DNA of 64,000 nucleotides from Parcubacteria group bacterium GW2011_GWE2_39_37 (GTDB lineage Bacteria > Patescibacteriota > Patescibacteriia > Patescibacteriales > GWE2-39-37), in assembly GCA_000995135.1 (NCBI GenBank), contig LBWY01000001.1, positions 501 to 64,500 on the forward strand, in the 5' to 3' direction. This document shows, piece by piece, positions 26,576-36,358 of the stretch (its first letter is position 1; each line of letters begins with the position of its first letter). The notes below the pieces were generated by a model, which ran no database searches, was not told the DNA's origin, and was given only the letters and a program-made list of their open reading frames with translations. The position numbers and the translations under genes were made by a program.

Positions 26576-27976
26576 ATGTACACAACTTCAAAAAACATCA
26601 ACAACAGAAAAATAAAAACATTAGGCGAAAAAATTGCCGAATCGCCAACGATTGTTTTAGAAAAAACGATTGAAGAAACAAAAAAAATCGCTAATTCTAT
26701 CGGTAAAGTAAAAACCATCAAAAAAGCGGAAGAGTATTGGCATCTACTAGGTCCTGGGCTTACTACCGGTGCGGCTGACGACGATCCGTCAGGTATTGCA
26801 ACCTATTCTCAAGCTGGTGCCAAATACGGCTTCCAATGGCTGTGGCTGGCAAGCTTTACCTTTCCCTTAATGGCAGTAGCGCAAGAGATGTGTGCTCGCA
26901 TCGGCCTGGTTACTGGACAAGGATTGGCAGCAAACATCAGAAAACATTACTCCAAATGGGTATTATACACATGCGCCGGCTTACTGTTTGCCGCTAATAC
27001 CTTCAATATCGGAGCAAATCTCGGAGCGATGGCTCAAGCAACCGAACTTATGGCACCAAAGCTCGCCTTCAATTACTTAGTTGTCTTTTTTACCATCCTC
27101 AGTTTGCTTTTGCAAATATTTACTACTTATCAGAGATACGCTAAATATTTAAAATATTTAGCCATGATCCTGCTATCTTACATATTCTCAGCCTTGATGA
27201 TTGATCTAGACTGGAAACAGATCTTTTACTCTACGGTTTTTCCATCTTTTACTTTCAGTAAAGAATCCCTGCTCTTGATCACGGCGGTGTTAGGAACGAC
27301 AATTTCTCCTTATCTTTTCTTTTGGCAAACTTCTCAAGAAGTCGAAGAAGAAATTGTAAATGGTAATAAAAGCATCAAATCTCGTCTAGGAGCAACTGAT
27401 AATGAGATAAAAAGAATGAGAATCGATGTATGGTCTGGAATGTTCTTGTCAAATCTAGTGATGTTTTTTATTATCGCTACCTGTGCCGCTACGTTATATG
27501 CCAACGGCATTACAAATATTGCCACTGCTGCTGACGCTGCAGCAGCTCTGAAACCGCTAGCCGGCGATGCTTCTTATCTGCTCTTTGCTCTTGGCGTTAT
27601 TGGAACTGGTTTGTTGTCAATTCCGGTCCTGGCTGGCTCTGCTTCTTATGCCATTTCCGAAAGCTTTAGCTGGAAAGAAGGGCTTTATAGAAAGATTGAC
27701 AAAGCAAGATCTTTTTACGGGGTTATCATTTTTTCCATGGTAGTCGGTTTGCTTTTGAACTTTGTCCATATTGATCCGATCAAGGCTTTGATATATTCTG
27801 CAATCGCGAATGGCGTAATCGCTCCGGTAGTTTTGATCATGATTGTCTTGATCAGTAGCGACAAAAAAATCATGGGCGAGCGGGCCAACGGAAAAATAAA
27901 TAAATTTTTCGGCTGGATAATTACCGGTTTGATGATGATTGCAGGCGGGGCAACCATAATCTCATTATTTTTTTAA
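26576..27976 (+). CDS. mntH: NRAMP family divalent metal transporter
   Basis: GPGLTTGAADDDPSGIATYSQAGA motif and about 11 TMs. Confidence 0.75.
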   Translation: MYTTSKNINNRKIKTLGEKIAESPTIVLEKTIEETKKIANSIGKVKTIKKAEEYWHLLGPGLTTGAADDDPSGIATYSQAGAKYGFQWLWLASFTFPLMAVAQEMCARIGLVTGQGLAANIRKHYSKWVLYTCAGLLFAANTFNIGANLGAMAQATELMAPKLAFNYLVVFFTILSLLLQIFTTYQRYAKYLKYLAMILLSYIFSALMIDLDWKQIFYSTVFPSFTFSKESLLLITAVLGTTISPYLFFWQTSQEVEEEIVNGNKSIKSRLGATDNEIKRMRIDVWSGMFLSNLVMFFIIATCAATLYANGITNIATAADAAAALKPLAGDASYLLFALGVIGTGLLSIPVLAGSASYAISESFSWKEGLYRKIDKARSFYGVIIFSMVVGLLLNFVHIDPIKALIYSAIANGVIAPVVLIMIVLISSDKKIMGERANGKINKFFGWIITGLMMIAGGATIISLFF

Positions 27977-27990
27977 AAGTTTTAAATTTT

Positions 27991-28021
27991 AAAAAAACTA
28001 CTGCAATTTGCAGTAGTTTTT
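27991..28021. terminator. bidirectional terminator
   Basis: A7-CTACTGCA-ATT-TGCAGTAG-T7. Confidence 0.8.
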
Positions 28022-28804
28022 TTATTTTCTCTTTTCTTCTTTGGCTTTATTTTGCTTTTTCTGCTTAATGACTTTTATTCCCCACACATCAAGTTTTCCA
28101 TCTTTTCCTTTTTTACCCATTATTTTTACTTCTTCACCTACTTCAAGTTTTTTCTTTTGAGAATTAATCCTGATCTTATTAGGATTCAATTTATGGGCTT
28201 TGCTACTGCTGGCTTGTTCATCTTTATTCGCGATATTTTTATTATTTTTATTTTCAATGATGGCTAGCTCATCATTTTTAACAGAACTGATCTCCCCAAC
28301 TAAAACATTGTTAGAAATATTTCTAAGCCTTTTCTGATAATATTTATTTATGACTGGATAATCATTCGCTACCCGAGACTGCTCAAGCTGCTCATGCGCC
28401 TTGACCGACAATAGACCTCCGGAAGATACAAACATTATCACCAAAGAGGCTCCCACCCATGCCTGCCAGGGTTTCTTGTATCCCCAATCCATTTTTTTGA
28501 TCAAATAAACCAGGAACAACAACAAGAGAACCGATGCGGCAAAAAGTTCATAAGGAAAATTCTCTAATATCTCACCCATACCCCTTAAACCAAAGCCGAA
28601 ATAATGATTTAGCTCATTAATTTTCCAATAATACATCAACAAGCTGAAAGTAAAGATGCCAACCAGAGCTATTGCCACCATACCGGACTCTAGCGCAATT
28701 TTTTCTGCCTTGAACTTCCAGAGTGGACGCATCCGGATGTTTTCAGTTTCAATCTTTTTCAAGATCTCTGCTGTAATATCTATTTTATTAGTTTTGTCTT
28801 TCAT
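28022..28804 (-). CDS. membrane protein, putative anti-sigma factor
   Basis: Overlaps the upstream ECF sigma gene by 4 nt. Has several TMs and a K-rich tail. The function is inferred from position only. Confidence 0.35.
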   Translation of the reverse strand: MKDKTNKIDITAEILKKIETENIRMRPLWKFKAEKIALESGMVAIALVGIFTFSLLMYYWKINELNHYFGFGLRGMGEILENFPYELFAASVLLLLFLVYLIKKMDWGYKKPWQAWVGASLVIMFVSSGGLLSVKAHEQLEQSRVANDYPVINKYYQKRLRNISNNVLVGEISSVKNDELAIIENKNNKNIANKDEQASSSKAHKLNPNKIRINSQKKKLEVGEEVKIMGKKGKDGKLDVWGIKVIKQKKQNKAKEEKRK

Positions 28805-29361
28805 TCTTGCTTTAACATTATTTTTTTTAAATTTGTTCTTGCTCGCCTAAGCCAGACTCCCGCAGTGGATTCAGGAATGTGCAATATATCCGAAATCTCT
28901 TCGTAGGATTTTTCTTCAAAATAGTAAAGGATCAATATATCTCTGTAGTCTTCCCGCAATGCAAAAATTTTCTCTTTCATCTCTTGCATCAATTGGCCTC
29001 GTTCAGCTTGAGCAATCACGTCTTCTGCCTCTTCTTGCCGGTCTTCCAGCCAATCCAAAGTATGCGCTTCAACTGCTGATAATCTTTGACTCTTTTTGAT
29101 CTGATTAATGCCCAGATTGTGCGCGATGCGGTAGATCCATGAAGAAAATTTCCTGTTCTCGTCAAACCCTTGGATATTCTCATATACTTTTAAAAATGTT
29201 TCTTGGACTACGTCTTCGGCATCCTCTTCATTTCCAATCAGTCGGACGACATAATAAAACAACTTATTCTGGTAACGACCGATTATTTCTGCCAATGCTT
29301 GGTTATTTTTTGCTTTGATCTCTTTGGCCAATTCTTCATCTTTTAAATCTTGGTACCCCAT
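28801..29361 (-). CDS. ECF-type RNA polymerase sigma-70 family factor
   Basis: Region 2 (AEDVVQETFLKVY) and region 4 (SYEEISDILHIPESTAGVWLRRAR). Confidence 0.85.
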   Translation of the reverse strand: MGYQDLKDEELAKEIKAKNNQALAEIIGRYQNKLFYYVVRLIGNEEDAEDVVQETFLKVYENIQGFDENRKFSSWIYRIAHNLGINQIKKSQRLSAVEAHTLDWLEDRQEEAEDVIAQAERGQLMQEMKEKIFALREDYRDILILYYFEEKSYEEISDILHIPESTAGVWLRRARTNLKKIMLKQE

Positions 29362-29441
29362 GTATATAATACATTAATAAGACTATAATATTTCATTAAA
29401 CACCGTCATCTTACACAATAACCAAAAAGCTGTAAACCAGC

Positions 29442-29471
29442 AAAAAAAACAGGCCTTGCGGCCTGTTTTTT
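29442..29471. terminator. terminator
   Basis: A8-CAGGCC-TTGC-GGCCTG-T6. Confidence 0.75.
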
Positions 29472-29480
29472 CAGCTAATG

Positions 29481-30731
29481 CTAATTAAATAAGAATCCTT
29501 TGGGGACAACCACATCTTTTACTGGAACTTGAAAACTTGGACCGAAATCTGTTTCGCCTTTCAATTCCTGAATCTGATTGCGTAGCTCTTGTACGCTATC
29601 CATAATGTCGCCGATTGCCTCAACCAGCTGATCAGAGTCCAGTGGCTTGGTTGAATAAATAGTTTTTACTTCTTTGAATTGATTTTTAATATCAGCTAAA
29701 TTTGTTTCCAGCTCTGAGGTGTCATTTTTCTGCGCTTTTAATTTTATAATGATTTTTTCGGCATTTTTGATTTCCGTGTTAAGCAAAGACACGCTTTTGC
29801 CATAGTTCATCGCGATCTGGATGATTTTTTCCTTCATCCAAACGTCATCCAGATTGGCAAAAAAATCATCTTGCATCCTATTGATCGATTCTTCAGGATC
29901 AGTTTTAGACAAAGCCTTTATTTCATCTAAAACTTTCTGTTGATTATCGATTAGGTTTTTAAATTCGGCTAATTCCTTAGCTAGGTCGATTTTTTTAATT
30001 TTAATTTTTTTAATATCTGTATTATATGACTTATTTAATTTTGCCATTTCTCTTTCAGCCTGTTTGACTATCCTTGGGAATTCAGCCAGCATCGGTAATT
30101 TCGGCATCCATTCTTGGATGGTATTTACCGCGCCTTGAATTTCATCCCCCAAGCCTTCCAACTCTTCGGGAGTTTTGGCAGATTTAATTTTTTCCCTGAG
30201 CTCATTGGCCTGGGTCAATGCTGCTGCCAATTCTTCCGGAACAGCAATGTTCTTGCTTTTTAAACGTTTAGTTTGGGCTTCGACCATTTTTATCATATTT
30301 GCAAAGCCCTGCATACCCCTCTTCATTTCTTTGAAGCGGTTATCATCAATTTTATATTCTTGATTAAAGCGGTTGCCGCTGCAAACCATGCCTATAGGAC
30401 AGGTCGGTTGTCCTTGTTGATCAGGAGACTTTGGAGGACGATCATTTGAAGCGGGGAATTGAGGTCTCTGTTCCATCCCTGATGGCATTGTCGAGGTAGA
30501 CGGCTGCTCCTGATTATAGGGAGGCATAGGTGGTATTTGTTCATTTGAAAAAGATGGCTGATTTTGAACAGGCGCACTTTGCTGGACCAAAGGGTCGGTC
30601 GAAGACGAAGCTTGTTCAAACTGACTTTGCGCCAAAGCAAAGTTAACGAGAAAGAAGGAGGGAAGATAAACTGCGCTGATTGCCAGCCAAGCCAGGTGGC
30701 TATGTACTGGTCTTTTTAATTTTTTAAGCAT
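29481..30731 (-). CDS. secreted Q/P-rich coiled-coil protein
   Basis: Signal peptide, a low-complexity Q/P/S segment, then long heptad-like helices. Confidence 0.55.
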   Translation of the reverse strand: MLKKLKRPVHSHLAWLAISAVYLPSFFLVNFALAQSQFEQASSSTDPLVQQSAPVQNQPSFSNEQIPPMPPYNQEQPSTSTMPSGMEQRPQFPASNDRPPKSPDQQGQPTCPIGMVCSGNRFNQEYKIDDNRFKEMKRGMQGFANMIKMVEAQTKRLKSKNIAVPEELAAALTQANELREKIKSAKTPEELEGLGDEIQGAVNTIQEWMPKLPMLAEFPRIVKQAEREMAKLNKSYNTDIKKIKIKKIDLAKELAEFKNLIDNQQKVLDEIKALSKTDPEESINRMQDDFFANLDDVWMKEKIIQIAMNYGKSVSLLNTEIKNAEKIIIKLKAQKNDTSELETNLADIKNQFKEVKTIYSTKPLDSDQLVEAIGDIMDSVQELRNQIQELKGETDFGPSFQVPVKDVVVPKGFLFN

Positions 30732-31057
30732 GGTTTTGTTTTTATTTTAATAAAGTTAATTTTTTGACAACAAAAAAACAGCGCAAACGTAGCTGTCTCA
30801 CAAAAATAAAAAAATAGTTTTAATAAAATTTAGTTGCATGGTTTTTGTTTTTGTTTTTGCTTGCCCCGAGAAATACAAAGCATTTTTTTCGGGGTTTTCT
30901 TCAACGCTTTATGCTCTTGAAAGAAATATAACCATTGATTTTTAACAGTTATAATAACAGTATAGCAAATAAAATGCGTTTTGTCAATGTAGATTTTTGC
31001 CAAAATTAAAATAGTCTGCTAAATTCAAGTTAGTAATTTAATTTAATATCTATCTTT

Positions 31058-32119
31058 ATGGCCTTATCTATCGGAATAGTCGGACTGCCGAATGTTGGAA
31101 AATCTACACTTTTTAATGCTTTGACTAAAAAAGGCATTGAAGCTGCGAACTACCCTTTTTGCACCATTGAGCCTAATGTTGGCGTAGTTAAAGTGCCGGA
31201 CGAACGCTTGGAAAAAATGGTTGCGATTTCTAATTCCAAAAAAATCATCCCCACCATCATCGAATTCGTTGATATCGCCGGTATTGTCAAAGATGCACAC
31301 AAGGGCGAGGGTTTAGGAAATAAATTTTTGTCTCACATCAGAGAGTGCGACGCAATTTGCGAAGTGGTCAGAAGCTTTAAGAATGGCAAGATCATCCATG
31401 TCAACGACAAAGTTGACCCGAATGCCGACAAAGAAACCATCAATATGGAATTGATCTTCGCGGATTTATCGAGCGTGGAAAAGAGATTGGATAAAGTAAG
31501 TAGGGAAGCCAAGACCGGAAACAAGGAGCAGATCAAAATGAAAGAAATCCTTGAAAAACTTAAATCAGGCATGGATGCTAGCAAGGCAGCTCGAGAAATA
31601 GCTTTGGATGATGAAGAAAAATTATTGATCAAAGATTTGAATCTACTCACCTTGAAGCCCTTGCTCTATGTACTCAATGTTGATGATAGCGACAACGAAG
31701 AATTTACCGAAGGAGAAGAGAGCGTTATTAAGATTAATGCAAAAATAGAGGAAGAAATAATCAATTTGCCGGAGGAAGATCGTCTAGAGTTCATCAAGGA
31801 GCTTGGCTTGGATGAAAGCGGTCTTGATAAATTGATCAAAGCTGCCTATAAACTCTTAAATTTGATTACCTTTTTTACCACCGGCCCGGAAGAAACTCAT
31901 GCCTGGACAATAAAACAAGGGTCAAAAGCCCCACAAGCGGCAGGAGTAATCCATACTGACTTTGAAAAAGGCTTTATTCGTGCCGAAGTAATGAGTTTTG
32001 ATAATTTTGTTGCCGCCGGGGGAGAAGCAAAAGCTAGAGAAAAAGGTTTGATAAAAATTGAAGGCAAGGACTATGTCATGCAAGACGGCGACATTTGCCA
32101 TTTTTTGTTCAATAAATAA
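31058..32119 (+). CDS. ychF: redox-regulated ribosome-binding ATPase YchF
   Basis: GIVGLPNVGKSTLFNALT, FCTIEPN and a C-terminal TGS-like domain ending ICHFLFNK. Confidence 0.95.
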   Translation: MALSIGIVGLPNVGKSTLFNALTKKGIEAANYPFCTIEPNVGVVKVPDERLEKMVAISNSKKIIPTIIEFVDIAGIVKDAHKGEGLGNKFLSHIRECDAICEVVRSFKNGKIIHVNDKVDPNADKETINMELIFADLSSVEKRLDKVSREAKTGNKEQIKMKEILEKLKSGMDASKAAREIALDDEEKLLIKDLNLLTLKPLLYVLNVDDSDNEEFTEGEESVIKINAKIEEEIINLPEEDRLEFIKELGLDESGLDKLIKAAYKLLNLITFFTTGPEETHAWTIKQGSKAPQAAGVIHTDFEKGFIRAEVMSFDNFVAAGGEAKAREKGLIKIEGKDYVMQDGDICHFLFNK

Positions 32120-32154
32120 CCTATACAAATAAAAAACGATCCGAAATAGGATCG

Positions 32155-32517
32155 CTATATTTGTATCGCTGGGACTCCAAAATGATGGCCATAAATATTT
32201 CTCCATCCGCAAAGCAACGAGTGAGCCTCGCGAGCTAGCCCTATTGCGTCCATCATGAGCCGCTTGTCTTGATCAAACAGATGGTCTCGGACAAATGTCC
32301 CGTTGATTTGTGACGCCACATAAAGATATACAGCCACTCGTGCGGACCCAGATTCAACATCTTCGTTTATTTGCTGCAAGTTAAACTGGCACAGGCCGTA
32401 GATTTTAAGAAGATTTTTGAATAGAAATGATACCCTGATTTTAAAATCCTCATCATAACCATTCGGCACGCAAGAACCTGTGAACAACGGTAACAATTTC
32501 TCCATCACGCTTGTCAT
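32155..32517 (-). CDS. hypothetical protein
   Basis: 120-aa ORF with GGGAGGG 3 nt upstream of the ATG; no family recognised. Confidence 0.5.
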   Translation of the reverse strand: MTSVMEKLLPLFTGSCVPNGYDEDFKIRVSFLFKNLLKIYGLCQFNLQQINEDVESGSARVAVYLYVASQINGTFVRDHLFDQDKRLMMDAIGLAREAHSLLCGWRNIYGHHFGVPAIQI

Positions 32518-32584
32518 AAACCCTCCCTAGGCTTAGAAATAACAATCTGATTGTTGTTTAACAATTTTAATAATATTAATAGGA

Positions 32585-33802
32585 TTATTGGAAGTTGTCA
32601 ATTTTCTCCAAAATTACAATCTCTCGCCAAACACGTTGTTCTGGGCGTCCGTAGATTATTGTCTGACGATTCGATAATCTTAAATTTTTATTATGCAAAT
32701 TTTCCGGCAAGGGAAATATTATTTTAAAATTGCCGGCAATGTTTTTGCTTAAAAATATATTCCCTTCTTTGGTCCGAAAGACCGGCCAAATCATTACTAC
32801 TCTGCCATGATCAGTTAAAACCTTATTGAACTCAGAAATACTTTTGGCATAAAGCTCTTCCAACTCCTTAACCACTGCTCGAATATCATGCTGCCCGCGT
32901 TGCGGGCCGAGGTAAGGCTCTGTTACAATCACATCAACTGAGTTTGTTTTGATAAATCTCGAAAGTTCGCTTGCCGACTTATTATATAATTCGTAATTTG
33001 TAATTGATAATTGATAATTGTCTTTGATCCATTCGATATTTGTTTTTGTATCCTCAATCGCTTTAGGGGAAATGTCTGAACCAATCAAGCTGCCCAAGCC
33101 CATCAATGCCGCCTCAGTTATTACTGTGCCTGAACCACAGAATGGATCCAGTAACGTTTGCTCCGGTTTAACCTTAGAGAGACTAATCATTATCTGTGCT
33201 AACTTGGGTGGCAACATACCTGAATGGTCATCCCTGGCCGGACGGCCAAAATCACGGAAAGACAAGTCCTTGAATGGCTGAACAGCTAATGTTCTACCGA
33301 TTTGGACGACCTTACCAGCATGTTCAATCAAAACAAATTCGGCCCCTTCTGTAATTAAATCATTCTGCTCCACCACCACGCTAGAAAGTACCGGCTCCCG
33401 GCTTGTCACCCAGCGAGAGGCGATTCCTTCCTCTTTCAAAGCCTTTTTCAGTTCCATGGCCAATGGCTTGATATAAAAATTGTTTAGGTAACTGGAGAAG
33501 CCGAACATGAACTTCTTTTCTTGAATTGCTGAATTTTCTTTTATTTTAGCAAAAATATCAGCAGAATGTTTTTTGGATTCAGCAAAAATTTCACCAATCT
33601 TAATAATTCCACCTAATCGACTAATTATTTGATTACAATTGATATTTTTGTCTAATTCTACAATAAAAACATGTTTATTGGGCAATATGAAATTTGTTGC
33701 CGCAACATTTTTCAAATCAAAAACAGCCGTAAGCTCGGCTATCGATAATTCTGGATTTGTGCCTAAAATAAAAAAATATTTCATAATTTCTGTCATCCTC
33801 AC
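32585..33802 (-). CDS. SAM-dependent RNA methyltransferase (UPF0020/Trm11-like)
   Basis: LLDPFCGSGTVITEAALMG SAM motif and a TEPYLG motif-IV-like element. The true start is probably an internal Met (MKYFFILG, about 33784), because the first codons lie inside a GC-rich hairpin repeat. Confidence 0.6.
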   Translation of the reverse strand: MRMTEIMKYFFILGTNPELSIAELTAVFDLKNVAATNFILPNKHVFIVELDKNINCNQIISRLGGIIKIGEIFAESKKHSADIFAKIKENSAIQEKKFMFGFSSYLNNFYIKPLAMELKKALKEEGIASRWVTSREPVLSSVVVEQNDLITEGAEFVLIEHAGKVVQIGRTLAVQPFKDLSFRDFGRPARDDHSGMLPPKLAQIMISLSKVKPEQTLLDPFCGSGTVITEAALMGLGSLIGSDISPKAIEDTKTNIEWIKDNYQLSITNYELYNKSASELSRFIKTNSVDVIVTEPYLGPQRGQHDIRAVVKELEELYAKSISEFNKVLTDHGRVVMIWPVFRTKEGNIFLSKNIAGNFKIIFPLPENLHNKNLRLSNRQTIIYGRPEQRVWREIVILEKIDNFQ

Positions 33803-33915
33803 GCTGATGAGGATCCAGCCTTGCAGTGGAGATATTGATCCTCGCCTGCGCGAGGATCACATAAAAAACAATCTTAATCTTCATCACTCCTTAACCTATC
33901 ACAAAATTCAACCTC

Positions 33916-33944
33916 TTGCAATTTCTTTTGTCTTATGTTAAATT
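33916..33944 (+). promoter_or_regulatory. candidate promoter of rpsF-ssb-rpsR
   Basis: TTGCAA-17 nt-TAAATT, leaving an about 185-nt leader. Confidence 0.4.
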
Positions 33945-34135
33945 AAGTTCACAATTGAATAAGTAAACCTTTCCCATCTGCTTCATGCGGAACTAAGTTA
34001 AGCAATAGTTTAACTAAAGGTATTCGAACGCTCCCAGAGTATTTTAGAATGCCTGGGAATTTTGTTTATCACCCAAAACGAGCAAAAAAATTTAATCATA
34101 TTTTTAAATTAAATAATTAATTAATAAATTGCATT

Positions 34136-34621
34136 ATGGCAAAGACAAAAAAAACCGATACCCCCCACTACGAAATGCTTCACATCATTTCCAACAAATT
34201 TAGTGAGGATGAAGTAAAGCCGATCGTTGAGAAAATCAATGCTTTGATTACTGGCAATGAAGGCGTCGTAACTTACAGCGAGAATTGGGGCAAGAAAAAA
34301 CTTGCTTATCCTATCAAGGGGTTTACCTATGGCTACTACAATTATGTTGAATTTGATTTAGCCGGAGCCAATTTGGCAAAAGTCGAACGAAACATCCGCA
34401 TGATGTCAGAAATATTACGCCACCAGATCATCCGCAGAGAAGTCAGAACCATCGACATGCCTGCAAAAATAGAAAGGCCGGAAGTAAAAACCGAGAAAGA
34501 AAAACCAGCAGAAAAGAAAGTGGAAGAAAAACCAGCTAAAAAGAGTGCAAAAGATAAAACTGATTTGAAAGATCTGGATGAAAAACTTGATAAAATTCTA
34601 GAGACTAACGATTTATTATAA
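34136..34621 (+). CDS. rpsF: 30S ribosomal protein S6 with a K/E-rich C-terminal extension
   Basis: YEMLHII...WGKKKLAYPIKG signature; position upstream of ssb and rpsR. Confidence 0.9.
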   Translation: MAKTKKTDTPHYEMLHIISNKFSEDEVKPIVEKINALITGNEGVVTYSENWGKKKLAYPIKGFTYGYYNYVEFDLAGANLAKVERNIRMMSEILRHQIIRREVRTIDMPAKIERPEVKTEKEKPAEKKVEEKPAKKSAKDKTDLKDLDEKLDKILETNDLL

Positions 34622-34717
34622 TTTTTTCCTTCTTACAAGGAGGCCTGTCCGACTGGACGGGGTTGAGAGAAATTAATTAATTAATAAGCCGGTCCAATCG
34701 GACTCGGTAAAAAATCT

Positions 34718-35167
34718 ATGAATTTAAACAAGGCCATGATTATTGGAAACCTTACTAGGGATCCAGAAGTCAGAAATACTCCAAGCGGTCAATCAGTTGC
34801 CTCTTTCTCAATCGCTACCAATCAAGTCTGGAATGATCAATCCGGACAAAAACAAGAAAAAGTTGAATATCACAACATCGTAGTCTGGAGAAGGTTGGCA
34901 GAAATTTGCGGACAATATCTGCACAAAGGTTCAAAAGTCTACATCGAAGGCCGATTACAAACCAGAGATTGGACCGGACAAGATGGCATCAAAAGATCAC
35001 GTACTGAAATTATCGGAGAAAACATGATCATGTTAGATAAAATTTCTAGCAGAGAATCAGGTGGCTTTAATAACGAACCACCTATGCCCAATGAAGAACC
35101 GATAATTAATATTAACGAATCAAATCCTGATGAGGATGAAATCAAGGTTGAAAATATACCTTTTTAA
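34718..35167 (+). CDS. ssb: single-stranded DNA-binding protein
   Basis: [19 protein letters not shown]...; acidic tail ending [10 protein letters not shown]. Confidence 0.95.
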   Translation: MNLNKAMIIGNLTRDPEVRNTPSGQSVASFSIATNQVWNDQSGQKQEKVEYHNIVVWRRLAEICGQYLHKGSKVYIEGRLQTRDWTGQDGIKRSRTEIIGENMIMLDKISSRESGGFNNEPPMPNEEPIININESNPDEDEIKVENIPF

Positions 35168-35274
35168 CGTTATCGCTTTCGGCGAGCCCCTCAACGAATG
35201 GGGCACATGCCAATTACTACTAAATCATTTGTAGATTCGAATTTCATTTGTAGATTCGAATCAAATTATAAACT

Positions 35275-35496
35275 ATGGACACAGCAATAAAAAAAGACAA
35301 GCAATGTCATTTCTGCGTAAACAATATCAAGGAGGTTGATTACAAAGATACCCACACATTGCGCAAATTTGTCGGTTCCTACATGAAAATCCTGTCAAAG
35401 AAAAGGACTGGCACTTGCTCAAAGCATCAACGAAAATTGGCAACTGCAATCAAACGCTCAAGAATAATCGCATTACTGCCTTTTGTTAACCAATAA
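35275..35496 (+). CDS. rpsR: 30S ribosomal protein S18
   Basis: IDYKD...LRKFV...KILSKKRTG...QRKLATAIKRSR. Confidence 0.9.
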   Translation: MDTAIKKDKQCHFCVNNIKEVDYKDTHTLRKFVGSYMKILSKKRTGTCSKHQRKLATAIKRSRIIALLPFVNQ

Positions 35497-35517
35497 AATA
35501 AATTCAATTCATTAATT

Positions 35518-36075
35518 ATGTACTCAATCAGTGATATTAAGCTTGGCAAGCTGATTCAGATTGCCGGCGAACCATACGTAGTTGTAAAGGCCGATCATCA
35601 CAAAATGGGTCGAGGCGGAGCTGTTTTAAAAACCAAGCTGAAAAATGTTATCAATGGCAATGTCTTGGAAAAAACTTTTCAAGGCAATGATAAAGCAGAG
35701 CCGGCAGCAACCGAAAAAAGAAAAGCCAACTACATGTACAAGGACGATAATAATGCCTATTTCATGGATAATGAATCCTATGAACAGTTTGACCTGCCCA
35801 TTGAGCAGTTGGAAGACAAATTGATTTACTTGAAAGACGGCACCGATGTCGACGTTATGTATTTCCAAAACAACCCGGTCTCGATTGATTTGCCGATCAA
35901 GATGACTTTCAAGGTAATCTCTGCTCCTCCTGGAGTGAAAGGCAATTCTGCTGGTAACGTAACCAAGGCGGTTACAATCGAAACTGGCGCAGAAATCAAT
36001 GTTCCCATGTTCGTGAATGAAGGCGACTTGATAAAGATAAATACTGACACAGGAGAATATTCAGAGAGGGCTTAG
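35518..36075 (+). CDS. efp: elongation factor P
   Basis: 185 aa with a KPGKG-equivalent loop (HHKMGRGGAVLKTKLKN) and a three-domain layout. Confidence 0.95.
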   Translation: MYSISDIKLGKLIQIAGEPYVVVKADHHKMGRGGAVLKTKLKNVINGNVLEKTFQGNDKAEPAATEKRKANYMYKDDNNAYFMDNESYEQFDLPIEQLEDKLIYLKDGTDVDVMYFQNNPVSIDLPIKMTFKVISAPPGVKGNSAGNVTKAVTIETGAEINVPMFVNEGDLIKINTDTGEYSERA

Positions 36076-36090
36076 TAAAAAATTGATTTT

Positions 36091-36124
36091 AAAAACAGCT
36101 CAACACTTGTTGAGCTGTTTTTGT
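36091..36124 (+). terminator. efp terminator
   Basis: CAGCTCAAC-ACTT-GTTGAGCTG followed by a T run. Confidence 0.8.
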
Positions 36125-36175
36125 TTTATTGAGAAACTAACTGTCAAGACTAGGTAGTAAATTAACAATAATATT

Positions 36176-36312
36176 TGTCATTGCGAGCCTTTAGCCCCGT
36201 ACCTGATCCGGGGGACATGGCAATCTCAGGTTGTTAAGCATCAACTTAATTTACCGAAAAACCAATCTTAATGATGTAAACCTGAGATTGCCACGCTACG
36301 CTCGCAATGACA
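36176..36312. repeat. about 137-bp nested palindromic (MITE/REP-like) element
   Basis: Outer arms TGTCATTGCGAGC / GCTCGCAATGACA. Inner arms GGCAATCTCAGGTT / AACCTGAGATTGCC. The left arm carries an extra CCCCG...CGGGG hairpin. Confidence 0.65.
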
Positions 36313-36336
36313 AAAGGTGCGATAAATCGCACCTTT
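36313..36336 (-). terminator. recA terminator
   Basis: AAAGGTGCGA-TAAA-TCGCACCTTT; on the minus strand it is followed by TTTTG. Confidence 0.6.
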
Positions 36337-36358
36337 ATAGTCGCAAAATAACTTATCT

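Noticed and set aside
32585-33802. Calling 32585..33802 a DNA (restriction-modification) methyltransferase
   Set aside because: No partner restriction or specificity gene is present. The motif order (FCGSGT ... EPYLG) and the N-terminal non-catalytic domain fit the UPF0020/Trm11-type RNA methylases better. This remains unverified.
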